Part shown: positions 10,185 through 19,775 of the stretch, piece after piece | How the letters are laid out: the number at the start of each line of letters is the position of its first letter | How positions within the stretch are numbered: the stretch's first letter is position 1 | NCBI GenBank assembly: GCA_963730935.1 | Contig: CAVSTP010000004.1 | Coordinates: 320,001-384,000, forward strand | Source of the DNA: an uncultured Nitrospiraceae bacterium | GTDB taxonomy: Bacteria; Nitrospirota; Nitrospiria; Nitrospirales; Nitrospiraceae | Direction: 5' to 3' | Length of the DNA stretch: 64,000 bases | Position numbers and translations under genes: made by a program | The notes under the pieces: model-generated | The model's database searches: none | The model's input: the letters and a program-made list of their open reading frames with translations, nothing else | Told to the model about the DNA's origin: nothing

Positions 10185-11582
10185 TTGCTTGACACCTCAA
10201 ACTTAATAGCTGAGGCACGAAGAGGATGTTTTTTCTTATTAGCCATGTTTATATACCAGGGCTGCTGCTCGCTGCTAGCCCTGAAGAGGCGGTTTGTCTT
10301 GAAACGAGTCGCATATCATTTAATCCTTGGCGTATTCCTTTTTGCTTTGACATTAGCCCTGCTTGAGACCGTAGCAGCTGTTTTTACACCATCCTGGCCC
10401 TACCGTGATTTACGTTCTGTCGGGCCAGAGTTTCTTCAGGGAGAGCGGAGCATAATTTCGTACCACCCTCAGTGGTGGGCCCCCGTAAATTCGTGGGGCA
10501 TGAGAGACTTTGAACGGGCAGTACAAGTACCGAACGGTAGAAAAAGACTGCTCTTTATCGGTGACAGCTTCCTTGAAGGAGGATTTACTGATTACCCACT
10601 GTCATTGCTAGTGGAAAAAGATCTATTCATGGGTGGAATGACATTGTTGGAAACGATAAACCTTGGTGTTTCGGCAACCGATCCGAAAAGTTATTTCTTC
10701 AGACTAAAGCACATAGGATTGAAGCTCGCTCCTGATCTTGCGTTTATCTTTTTCTATTCTGGGAACGACTTTCTTCGTAGTGAAGAAAGTTTCGAGGGAA
10801 GTCGCCTTTTCTCCGTGATTGATGAGTTGCCAAAGCCGTCGCTCCTTGGGTCGATCGCTCCGCGGCTTACGTGGCTTTTGGTTAACCGGTTTCGACTCTC
10901 GGAACTACTCCGAGCAAATCCGTCTATGCCGGCCGAGTTCGATGCGCTTTTCACAGCCACGCAGCTACCATACGAAGAAGGACTGCAAAGGATTACGGAA
11001 CATGCTCGTCGCTTTTATTTCCCGAATCTCGACGAGAAAGCCATATCGTCGATCCTTGGCCGAGGAGGCGTCTCATTCTGGAGATCGCTCAAGTTCAGAG
11101 AGACTGATCCCGAGTTTTTTCAGGGATGGATTCTAAAGAATCTGTTGCTCTGGGAAACCCAGAGCGGGGAATATGCGACGAGTACCGCACACGCTGATAC
11201 AATGCTGGCTCCGGATGAGATCGAGGCGACCCTAACCTGGCTCCGTGCCGCGAATGATCTTGCTGCAAGAAATAGAATAAAAGTAGTCTTATTCTTAGTG
11301 CCGGTTGGGACGACCGATCCGTCATTTGTAGCGTATTGGAAACCATGGCCTCGCTATTTCAGCTGGAATTACATCTCTGATGCGCGTCACTTGCGGTTGA
11401 GTCATCGTCTAAAAGAGGAAGGATTACGGTTTGTGGATTTGAGAGACGTGCTCGATGGGATACCCGACACTTACAGGAAGACCGACGGCCATTGGACAGT
11501 AAAGGGACAGAGTGTTGTAGCGGCTAGGGTTCTTCAGGAAATCGGGAAACTCTATCCGGAAATCCGAGCAAGTCATCAGTAG
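10185..11582 (+). CDS. SGNH hydrolase/acetyltransferase-like membrane protein (start probably about 10299)
   Basis: GDSF, NLGVS, GND and DGHW blocks; N-terminal TM helix. Confidence 0.8.
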   Translation: MLDTSNLIAEARRGCFFLLAMFIYQGCCSLLALKRRFVLKRVAYHLILGVFLFALTLALLETVAAVFTPSWPYRDLRSVGPEFLQGERSIISYHPQWWAPVNSWGMRDFERAVQVPNGRKRLLFIGDSFLEGGFTDYPLSLLVEKDLFMGGMTLLETINLGVSATDPKSYFFRLKHIGLKLAPDLAFIFFYSGNDFLRSEESFEGSRLFSVIDELPKPSLLGSIAPRLTWLLVNRFRLSELLRANPSMPAEFDALFTATQLPYEEGLQRITEHARRFYFPNLDEKAISSILGRGGVSFWRSLKFRETDPEFFQGWILKNLLLWETQSGEYATSTAHADTMLAPDEIEATLTWLRAANDLAARNRIKVVLFLVPVGTTDPSFVAYWKPWPRYFSWNYISDARHLRLSHRLKEEGLRFVDLRDVLDGIPDTYRKTDGHWTVKGQSVVAARVLQEIGKLYPEIRASHQ

Positions 11583-11716
11583 GAGTGGGTCCCATCTAGG
11601 TCTAGGTTTCCTGTACTGTACTCTGCCGTGTCTTGCTGTTGCCATAACTACATGGGAGTGTTGATCTCCCGTGTGCGGCTTTGTCCCGCCGGATCCTCTC
11701 GTATATTCGCCTAATG

Positions 11717-11765
11717 TGCTTTGGGAACAGGATCTCGGAGGTTCAAATCCTCTCGCTCCGACCAA
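11717..11765 (+). repeat. 3' half of tRNA-Pro (att-site duplicate)
   Basis: Matches 4422-4470 with 3 mismatches. Confidence 0.9.
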
Positions 11766-11855
11766 ACAAAGCTAGCTCGTACTGGCGCCTCATCGGCGTT
11801 AGCCCTCTTCATATATTGGTGCCGAATAAAGACCCCTCCAGTAGTTTCTTGCTAT

Positions 11856-12647
11856 CTAGCTCGTGTGTACCTGCGGTTCATCACGCGCTGCTCTCTTCAT
11901 TTGCGCCGCCAGATCACAATATTGTTCTGCTTCCTGACAAGCGCTCCGCTCAGCGACGTTGAGAAGCGCAACTTTCATTCGGGATCTGGGCCACAATTCC
12001 ATCTCGGTATCGGCATGCCAAGCGTTGGCGATCGCCTGCTTCATTTCATGGAGGGGTGCATCGATGGTGTATAAGAAATCGCTGTGCGGCCGATCAGCGC
12101 GGTAGTCTGGTTGCCGCTTAGGTTGCTTCAAATAGCGGGAAATGATGTGTGCATGCATCCGGTAGAGAACCGTGCCGTGAAATAAGAGGGCATTTCTCTT
12201 TCTCCGCTGTGCACTTCCCGAGATCTTTCGGCCATTGACGGTCAAATCACTGATGCCTTGCACCGCAATTGCTGGTTGCCATCGCGAGAGTGCATTGGCC
12301 ATACGCTGTAAAATAAATGTATTGGTCAGACGGATATCTCGTAAATCAGCATGTAGCGAGATGGGAAGGACGACGGCATATGAAAGGCATCCGGGGCCTT
12401 GTAATACCGTGCCGCCGCCGCTCGCCCGCCGCCAAATAGGTACGCTGTCTTGACGGCAAGCGTCGACATGGACATCGTCAACGAGGCTAGAGGAACGTCC
12501 TAGTACGACAAAGTAACGGTCGCTTTCCCACAAACGAAGGACCGGATGGCTGTGGTTCTCTTCTAGGTCGTCAAGCAAGGCCTCGTCGAGGGCAAGATTC
12601 TCTAGAGGGGAGAGCAGGGTCAGGTCGAGCAGATTAAATGAGACCAT
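11856..12647 (-). CDS. Lipoate-protein ligase A family protein
   Basis: ENLALDEALL, RRASGGGTV, KISGSAQ and HGT motifs. Confidence 0.9.
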   Translation of the reverse strand: MVSFNLLDLTLLSPLENLALDEALLDDLEENHSHPVLRLWESDRYFVVLGRSSSLVDDVHVDACRQDSVPIWRRASGGGTVLQGPGCLSYAVVLPISLHADLRDIRLTNTFILQRMANALSRWQPAIAVQGISDLTVNGRKISGSAQRRKRNALLFHGTVLYRMHAHIISRYLKQPKRQPDYRADRPHSDFLYTIDAPLHEMKQAIANAWHADTEMELWPRSRMKVALLNVAERSACQEAEQYCDLAAQMKRAARDEPQVHTS

Positions 12648-12682
12648 GTCTACATCCAGTTAGGTCATCGAGAGTGTGCGAT

Positions 12683-13696
12683 TCACAGCTTATACTTGCC
12701 TTCGAGTACCTGTACGAGCACTTTGCCCATCGGCCCTTGTGCCAACCGGGCGAACCCTTCTTTTGCCTTTTCGAAGGGAACAGTGCTGTCTATTTGTGGG
12801 CGTCGTCCAATGGCATCCAGCCGACCAACGATCTCCTTCCATATGGCTTGAGCTTGCTCGGCGCTGTAGTCACCAACCGAGACACCGCCGATGCGAATGC
12901 GGCGGAACAAGAGAGTGGCCGTATTGAACTCAGGCACAGGCCCTCCGCTTCTCCCAACCACGCTCATTCGGCCACCATAGTCGAGTAGCCCTACGAGCTG
13001 AGAAAATAGCGGGCCGCCGACGCTGTCGATCACAAGGTCAAGTTTTTTCGGCGCAACAGCGCCTACGATCACCTTTGCAAGATTAGGGTCGTTCGGATCG
13101 AACACGAAATCGGCTCCGAGTTCAGTCAGCCTAGCTCGCTTGTGCACGCTGCGTGACAACGCTGCCACGGTAAGATTCATCGATTTCCCGAGCAGCACCG
13201 CCGCCACTCCGACACCGCCTGACGCGCCGGTCACGAGAACCTTGGATCCCGCCGGGGGAGGAGCTGGAGGATCGGTCCATTGAGTGAGTGCCTGCCAAGC
13301 AGTTAAGAAGACCAACGGGGCGGCAGCCATCTCTTCGAGCGCCCAGCCTTGCGGGGGACGGGCCACGCTGTGGGCGGGTACGACGACTTTCTCGGCCAAC
13401 GTACCCCAGACATCGACACCGACATCACAACGTAAGATCCCGACCGTTTCTCCTGGTCGGACGTCGCGCACCCCGGCTCCGACTGCCGCCACGTCGCCGA
13501 CTCCATCGCGACCGAGAACGTGGGGAAGCCGTGGCTTGGCTGGATACATCCCAGAAGCAAGAAAGGCATCCGCGGGATTGAGTCCTGCGAGTCGCACGTT
13601 CAAGAGCACGTCGTCCGGACCAGGACGAGGATCAGGTACTTCACCAAGCCGAAGCCCCTCGATTCCTTCATGGGAATCCATCAACCATGCGCGCAT
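12683..13696 (-). CDS. MDR-family NADPH:quinone oxidoreductase/enoyl reductase-like protein
   Basis: AGLNPAD, LGRDGVG, VLVTGASGGVG and GKVLV motifs. Confidence 0.88.
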   Translation of the reverse strand: MRAWLMDSHEGIEGLRLGEVPDPRPGPDDVLLNVRLAGLNPADAFLASGMYPAKPRLPHVLGRDGVGDVAAVGAGVRDVRPGETVGILRCDVGVDVWGTLAEKVVVPAHSVARPPQGWALEEMAAAPLVFLTAWQALTQWTDPPAPPPAGSKVLVTGASGGVGVAAVLLGKSMNLTVAALSRSVHKRARLTELGADFVFDPNDPNLAKVIVGAVAPKKLDLVIDSVGGPLFSQLVGLLDYGGRMSVVGRSGGPVPEFNTATLLFRRIRIGGVSVGDYSAEQAQAIWKEIVGRLDAIGRRPQIDSTVPFEKAKEGFARLAQGPMGKVLVQVLEGKYKL

Positions 13697-13768
13697 CGAC
13701 GGGTCCTAGCCAAGAGGAAGTTGGAATAGCGCAGCATACTTTCAACGCGTGCATGCGTCACAACTGCA

Positions 13769-15712
13769 TCAGACCACGGCGTGCTCCTGCTTTTCCACAG
13801 CACTTGAAGGAGCGTCTGCCTGTGCCCGATAATCTTCAAGGTTGCGTTCAATGATTCCCTTGGAGAGAGATGGATAGGTACCGCCGAGTGCCTTTCTGCC
13901 GATGATCGTGACTGGCGTGTCGTGGTTGAAAATCAGCTCTCGAATCTGCTGTTTCACACGTGATCTGGCCTGATCAACCACTTCTTGGGCAAGATCCCAG
14001 ACTTCCGTCTGTCCCGCTGTCCGTTGTTGCTCCTCCGCGTAGAGGCTGGTCACCGCAATCAATAGGAGATCTTCGCCGACCGCTTCAATGCGGTTCTGGC
14101 GCCCCTGGTCGTCTCGAAACGCCTGCCGCAGCCAAAGCATCGCGTAAAACACCGCACGAGCAAGCCGGCGACTCGCACGCTCGACAAAAAGAAGGTGCGA
14201 CCGTACGTGTGGGGCCCGGAAGAGTGTCCCAGCGGGCAACCGCCCCGGCATCCATCGCCTGGCATACCAGGGCACGTAGAATTTGATCAGGCGCGCGATT
14301 TCCGTGAGCCGCCGGGCCGCCGACATCCTGTCATCAAAATAATCCCGCACACGCTCCAGGTGCATGTTGAGTGCTTCGCGGGCCACGAACGGACGCAAAA
14401 CGTCGGTTGCGCCTTCCCCGATGCGGTACATCTCAGCATCACGGACCAATTGTTCGATCCCGAAAGCCGGTTCACCGCGTACCCGCTTCGAATCCGCGGT
14501 CTCATACCCCATGCCTCCGAAGATAGTCTGAGCATCTTTTAGGAAGTGGATGGTAGTTTCGGAACAGAACAGTTTGGCAATTGCGGCCTCGATTCGGACG
14601 TCATAGCGGTGGTGGTCCGCCATGCGCCAGACTGTGAAAGCCAGAGCCTCCATTGCGAAAAGGCGTGCGGCCATCCGACCAACCCGCATCCGCTGGGTCT
14701 GCGACTCGGCGAGACGTCTTTGGAACGTGACTCGGCTGTTGGCTCGATCGAGCGTCGGCTGCCATGCTTGTTTCGCCATGCCCAGGCAGATCGCCGGAAT
14801 GCTCACCGCGCGACCGACATTAAGAATCGTCAGGGCGTATTTGAGTCCGCGTCCGACTTCGCCGATCAGACATGAGGCGGGAATGCGGACATCGTTTAGC
14901 GTGATGTGTGCATTTTCGATGCCCCGGCATCCCTCGAATTGACATCGCTGCCGGATCACCACTCCAGGAGTCTTCATATCTAGAACAAAGGCGGTATGAA
15001 CTGATTGCTCCGCTTCTTTCCCTTCCGGAACAGGAGTCCAGACGACATGGCCGCCTTGCTCTTCACGTCTTGCCGGCACACGAGCGATCAGCGTGAGATA
15101 TCGGGCGATGGGAGCGTTCGTACACCACAGTTTCTCACCGTTGACCACATAGTTCCCGCTGACATCAAGAACCGCTTGGGTTCTGATATTGGCGGCATCT
15201 GATCCGGTGAGGGGTTCGGTGAGCGCGAAAGCGGAGACCGCTTCACGGGCCACGATCGGCAGATACTGACGCTTCTGTTCTTCGCTCCCGAACAGGAGCA
15301 CCGGCATCGCGATACCAATCGATTGGGGAACGGCCACCGTGAGGGCAAGAATATTGCTCCATCCCGCGATGAGTACGAGAGCACGCCCGTAGTTCTGGTA
15401 CGAGAAGCCCAAACCGCCGTACTCTCTGGGAATCTTCATGGCGAACGCGCCAATCGAGAACAGACCGCTAATGACAGAATCCGGAATCTTCGCGGTCCGC
15501 TCAATTTCGTCCGGATCAACGTGGTGAGTGAGAAAGTGTTCCAATCGGGGCCGGAACTCTTCCCATGTGGCTTTCTGTTCGGGAGATTCGTCCGGGGTGA
15601 GAAGGAGAGAGAAATTTGGTTCACCGGCGTAGAGACCCGCCATGAAGCTATCCCCGGCAAGTCGCTCGCGCGCTTCTTCGATTCGCTCCAGGCCTTTGAA
15701 GAGCTGGGTCAC
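13769..15712 (-). CDS. Acyl-CoA dehydrogenase (long, VLCAD-like)
   Basis: IPREYGGLG, FALTEPLTGSDA, NGEKLWCTN, FGGMGY and RIGEG motifs. Confidence 0.93.
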   Translation of the reverse strand: MTQLFKGLERIEEARERLAGDSFMAGLYAGEPNFSLLLTPDESPEQKATWEEFRPRLEHFLTHHVDPDEIERTAKIPDSVISGLFSIGAFAMKIPREYGGLGFSYQNYGRALVLIAGWSNILALTVAVPQSIGIAMPVLLFGSEEQKRQYLPIVAREAVSAFALTEPLTGSDAANIRTQAVLDVSGNYVVNGEKLWCTNAPIARYLTLIARVPARREEQGGHVVWTPVPEGKEAEQSVHTAFVLDMKTPGVVIRQRCQFEGCRGIENAHITLNDVRIPASCLIGEVGRGLKYALTILNVGRAVSIPAICLGMAKQAWQPTLDRANSRVTFQRRLAESQTQRMRVGRMAARLFAMEALAFTVWRMADHHRYDVRIEAAIAKLFCSETTIHFLKDAQTIFGGMGYETADSKRVRGEPAFGIEQLVRDAEMYRIGEGATDVLRPFVAREALNMHLERVRDYFDDRMSAARRLTEIARLIKFYVPWYARRWMPGRLPAGTLFRAPHVRSHLLFVERASRRLARAVFYAMLWLRQAFRDDQGRQNRIEAVGEDLLLIAVTSLYAEEQQRTAGQTEVWDLAQEVVDQARSRVKQQIRELIFNHDTPVTIIGRKALGGTYPSLSKGIIERNLEDYRAQADAPSSAVEKQEHAVV

Positions 15713-15722
15713 GAAAACCTCC

Positions 15723-17129
15723 TTAGGAGATCATCTCCTGTACAGGAGTTGTCTGGTCCAATTCTTCGAATCGAGCCGTAAAATGTCGCAGCATCGGCGC
15801 CTCGTAGATCATCGTGAGACCATGAATGCTCTCTCGGCGGCGATATAGGTCGACGATCGATTCGGCCACGTAGCCGATCTGCATGTTCGTATAGACCCGA
15901 CGCGGGATGGCGAGCCGAACCATTTCGAGCTCCGGATGGAGGATGCGACCGGTCGCGGCCTCCCGCTTTCCGAACATCACCGTGCCGATTTCGACTCCTC
16001 GGATCCCATAGTCCCTATACAGTGCGACGGCTAACGATTGGGCTGGAAATTGGTCCTGCGGGATGTGTGGAAGAAATTCTTTGGCGTTCAGATAGACGGC
16101 ATGTCCGCCGATCGGTTTGAGAATTGGCACGCCGGCTTGATCGAGGAGTTCTCCCAGATACCGGACCTGCCCGACGCGGAAGCTGAGGTAGTCCTCGTCG
16201 AGGACTTCACGGAGTCCTCTGGCCATCGCTTCCAGGTCGCGCCCCGCCAGCCCGCCGTAAGTCGGGAACCCTTCGACCAGAATGAGCATGTTCGTAATCT
16301 CCCGGGCCCATTCTTCGTTATTGAGGCTGAGAAATCCGCCGATGTTCACGAGGCCGTCCTTCTTGGCGGACATGGTGCAACCGTCGCCATAACCGAACAG
16401 CTCTTGAGCGATTTCCAGAATGGAACGGTCCACATAAGCCTGCTCACGCTCCTTGATGAAGAAGCAATTTTCGGCGAAACGACAGGCGTCGAAAAAGAGA
16501 GGAATGCCATGCCGATGCAGGAGCGCCCGGGTCTGTCTGATGTTTTCCATCGAGACCGGCTGCCCGCCGCCGCTGTTGTTTGTAATCGTCAGTAACACCA
16601 ATGGAATCCGGTCCCGACCGACGCGGTTGATGATCTCTTCCAGCCTCATCACATCCATGTTCCCTTTGAAGGGTGATTCATTGTGCGGGTCGTAGGCCTC
16701 TTTCACCACCGCATTGATCGCCTGTGCGCCTTGATGTTCAATGTTGGCCCTCGTCGTATCAAAGTGAATATTGTTGGGAACGCACATGTCAGGCTTCACG
16801 ACGGTGGAAAACAGGAGGTTCTCGGCCATGCGGCCTTGATGGGTGGGAATGACGTGTTTGTACCCAAAGATGGAGCGTACCGTCTCTTCGAAGTGATAAT
16901 AATTCTTGCTGCCGGCATAGGATTCGTCGCCCATCATCAAGCCGGCCCATTGATAGTCGCTCATGGCAGAGGTGCCGCTGTCGGTCAACAGGTCGACGTA
17001 AACGCTTTCGGCCGGGATTCGAAAGAGGTTGTAGCCGGCATCATTCAACAGGCGGTCACGTTCGGCGCGCGTGGTACGCCGAATCGGCTCTACGACTTTG
17101 ATCTTGAACGGCTCGGAGGGAAACTTCAT
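15723..17129 (-). CDS. tnaA: Tryptophanase (tryptophan indole-lyase)
   Basis: DLLTDSGT, MSAKKD (PLP lysine); FDTT, VEIG and LRHFTA are tryptophanase-type rather than tyrosine phenol-lyase-type (FTTT, MERG, LRFFTA). Confidence 0.88.
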   Translation of the reverse strand: MKFPSEPFKIKVVEPIRRTTRAERDRLLNDAGYNLFRIPAESVYVDLLTDSGTSAMSDYQWAGLMMGDESYAGSKNYYHFEETVRSIFGYKHVIPTHQGRMAENLLFSTVVKPDMCVPNNIHFDTTRANIEHQGAQAINAVVKEAYDPHNESPFKGNMDVMRLEEIINRVGRDRIPLVLLTITNNSGGGQPVSMENIRQTRALLHRHGIPLFFDACRFAENCFFIKEREQAYVDRSILEIAQELFGYGDGCTMSAKKDGLVNIGGFLSLNNEEWAREITNMLILVEGFPTYGGLAGRDLEAMARGLREVLDEDYLSFRVGQVRYLGELLDQAGVPILKPIGGHAVYLNAKEFLPHIPQDQFPAQSLAVALYRDYGIRGVEIGTVMFGKREAATGRILHPELEMVRLAIPRRVYTNMQIGYVAESIVDLYRRRESIHGLTMIYEAPMLRHFTARFEELDQTTPVQEMIS

Positions 17130-18088
17130 GCCAATGACCTCTTGACTCGAGCCAGTTCTGCCTTGAAAGCCTGTGGACCTGAATACTCAAACACATACCG
17201 AGTCATATCGAAGAGCGGAGCGGGATCCAAATCCCTGAGGAGGTCCGGCTTCCACGTAATCTCCAATTGGTTGATCATCGTTATGGGAGTCGGCGTCCCG
17301 ACCACGCCGAGTTCCATCTGCCCGTATGACTGAGAAAAGATGAGAATCTCGCGGTCAAACATCGCGGCATTGAGATCGGTCGCGGCCCCTTGGCGTCTAT
17401 AATCCTCTTCGAATCGCCGGAACGCCGGGGAGCGATCGAGTTGCTCCCTAAAGGCGTAGAAGATATTGATGCCGGCCCGGTGTTGATCGTCCATGACCTG
17501 CACCGCATCGGCCACCACTGCCTCGTGTTGCATCTGCTCCCGGGTTAGCACCAATAGGCGGCGAATGACGACTCCACGCTTGGCTGCGACCTGGTTTGCC
17601 AAGAGATAGTTCGGATACAGTGCCTCGCCTTTCTTCCAGATGTTCCAGCGCTCCATGACCGCATCAATGGAGCGGTCGGCCGTTTGAACAAGGCGGACCG
17701 CTTCGGCATTGGCCTCCGCACCTTCGTAGGTCAAGGTTTGGGTCTCGAGTTGCCGCAGTTCGCGCCCGATCGCCTCGACCTTCCGTGGGATGTATCGTGG
17801 TGTCTTGGGCACGTGGAGCATGACGTCGACCGCCGTCAATGCCAGGGTCCAATATTGTTTGGCAGAGCTCGGGGCCTTCTCTTTCTGAGCGATGAGCAGA
17901 AGTTCCACGGGGTTCTTATCCAGCAGTTTGGCGATCTTCATGCAGATTTCCGGTTTCGGAATCTTGAGTCCGCGGCGGATCAAATTGGCATCCGGTTGCG
18001 CAATCCCCAGCCTTTTTGCCAACGCGTAGTCGCTGGCAAGGTCATACCGTTCTTTGATTGCCTCAAGATACGCCGAAATCTCAGACAT
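17126..18088 (-). CDS. HTH transcriptional regulator with uncharacterised C-terminal domain
   Basis: SDYALAKRLGIAQ Cro/CI-like HTH; AAGAGGAG RBS before the ATG at 18088. Confidence 0.7.
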   Translation of the reverse strand: MSEISAYLEAIKERYDLASDYALAKRLGIAQPDANLIRRGLKIPKPEICMKIAKLLDKNPVELLLIAQKEKAPSSAKQYWTLALTAVDVMLHVPKTPRYIPRKVEAIGRELRQLETQTLTYEGAEANAEAVRLVQTADRSIDAVMERWNIWKKGEALYPNYLLANQVAAKRGVVIRRLLVLTREQMQHEAVVADAVQVMDDQHRAGINIFYAFREQLDRSPAFRRFEEDYRRQGAATDLNAAMFDREILIFSQSYGQMELGVVGTPTPITMINQLEITWKPDLLRDLDPAPLFDMTRYVFEYSGPQAFKAELARVKRSLA

Positions 18089-18139
18089 TGAGCTCCTCTT
18101 CCCTGATGACGGCGACATCCTCGTGATGCCAAGACATCA

Positions 18140-18871
18140 TCATGCCGCGTGATGGTACGTGGGATGGATCGTCTTATCAGGGAACGTTTGCCGCTCCAGG
18201 CCCATCCAAAATCCTTCAAGATAATCAAGCACCGCACTCACGCCAGTCCGAAAGTCTTCCTTGTCGCGTTCCGACAGCCCGTCTTGTGCGGCGCCTTGAA
18301 CTGCCTCCACTGCATGCTTCATCGCCTCCTCATGAGTACTTTCGAGCTCGCGATGAAAGGTGAAGTAGGTGATGTCCATTTGAGGATAGCGGGTATTCTT
18401 CAACTGAGTGAGGCCCGGAATCAGGTGGTCCCACATCGTAATTGCCATATTTTCAAGGCCGAAGGATGCGCCGAGCGCCTTTGTGTGATTGCCGTCGCTA
18501 TAGAGCCGTTCCATTCCCTCGATGTAACTTCGAGTTGAAGGGAGCATCGGCCGCGTCATGGCGTCATGGATATCGACTCCTGCTGATCGAAGAAAGTCCC
18601 GATAGAGGAGTTCGTGCCGATGTCGGCTCTGGCCGTCACCCAACTCGGAATACAGAACTTTGGTCAGCTCATCAGCGACTTGTTCATCTTCGGTATTCAC
18701 GAGCTGCGAGATGAGAATACGTGGAAAGAACCGCGCGAAGTTATAGAACTCGATGGCGAATTCTCTAAACTCACTGTCCGAAACATTTCCCGCGCGAAAG
18801 CGGGTGAGATAGACATTGTTGATCGCACCATGCCCGAGCACGAGGCGCCGCATGTCTTGATGGAATGTCAT
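18140..18871 (-). CDS. Heme-oxygenase-like diiron oxidase (HDO; TenA/PqqC/CADD fold)
   Basis: SELGDG...H, GLENM and YFTFHRELESTH (HxxxExxH) ligand motifs; GGAGG RBS before the ATG at 18871. Confidence 0.8.
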   Translation of the reverse strand: MTFHQDMRRLVLGHGAINNVYLTRFRAGNVSDSEFREFAIEFYNFARFFPRILISQLVNTEDEQVADELTKVLYSELGDGQSRHRHELLYRDFLRSAGVDIHDAMTRPMLPSTRSYIEGMERLYSDGNHTKALGASFGLENMAITMWDHLIPGLTQLKNTRYPQMDITYFTFHRELESTHEEAMKHAVEAVQGAAQDGLSERDKEDFRTGVSAVLDYLEGFWMGLERQTFPDKTIHPTYHHAA

Positions 18872-19163
18872 GAGAGTCCCTCCAGGACGAGGAGTGGAGC
18901 GGGGGAGGCGCGATTCATAGTCAACCTGGCTCGATGATATACCTTTTATATCACCCATGCAAGAAGAGACTGTTGGCCAGAACCAATGGCCTGTATGGTC
19001 ATATGGAGGATGTGCGGCGTGGTATCATTACTAAAACATGTTGCCATTGGAATACAATAATAGTAGTATCCTATCATACAATGTAATAAGGGCATTGCTG
19101 TGATGACTCACAGCCAACGGAATGCATCCTAAGTAACGTTTGCGGTGAGGAGGGACCTTCACC

Positions 19164-19751
19164 ATGATAGAGCCAAGAAGCATCGATCACATCACGCTCT
19201 GCGTGGAAAATCTGGCCGAGGCCGAATTCCTCTTCACAAAGGTTCTAGGTTTTGAAGTGATTTGGTCGGCGCGCGACGTCGGCACCGACAAATCGTCGAT
19301 GGATACCGTGGTCGTCCAGTGCGGCGCCGCAAGAATTGCTCTCATGCAAGGCCGAGACAAGGCCATGAAATCCCAAATTACCGACTTTATCGAGCGGTAC
19401 GGCCAAGGGGTGCAACATGTCGCGCTCGAAGTGGATGACATCGAGGCCGTATGTCGTGAGTGGGAAGCTCACGGCGTCAAATTCAGTGGAGCGGTGAAGG
19501 AAGGCCGCGATGGATTCGGACCGCTCAAGCAACGATTTACCTATCCGCTCTTTCCGGGGAGCGGCCTGTTCATTGAATTGACTCAAAGAGAGCATGGAGA
19601 GGAAAGGGCCAAGACCTTTGTCCGCAGCACGGTCGAGTCATTGTACAAGGATATCGAACGGGACCAAGCCTCCGGAGCTCAACGAACGATCATCGATTAC
19701 GACTCCAGAGAGCCTCGTACGCCACCTGCGCCGTTGAAGAAGGCGTCATGA
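19164..19751 (+). CDS. VOC-family protein resembling the isolated C-terminal domain of 4-hydroxyphenylpyruvate dioxygenase
   Basis: IDHI, SQITDFI..YGQGVQHVAL, LKQRFT.P, FIELTQR and LYKDIERDQ. Confidence 0.75.
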   Translation: MIEPRSIDHITLCVENLAEAEFLFTKVLGFEVIWSARDVGTDKSSMDTVVVQCGAARIALMQGRDKAMKSQITDFIERYGQGVQHVALEVDDIEAVCREWEAHGVKFSGAVKEGRDGFGPLKQRFTYPLFPGSGLFIELTQREHGEERAKTFVRSTVESLYKDIERDQASGAQRTIIDYDSREPRTPPAPLKKAS

Positions 19752-19775
19752 TCACGCCTGATTGCGGAGGTCCGC

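Noticed and set aside
11717..11765. Second functional tRNA-Pro
   Set aside because: It lacks the 5' acceptor strand and D-arm and carries stem mismatches
15723..17129. Tyrosine phenol-lyase call, suggested by the nearby tyrosine catabolism genes
   Set aside because: Diagnostic positions (FDTT, VEIG, LRHF) match tryptophanase
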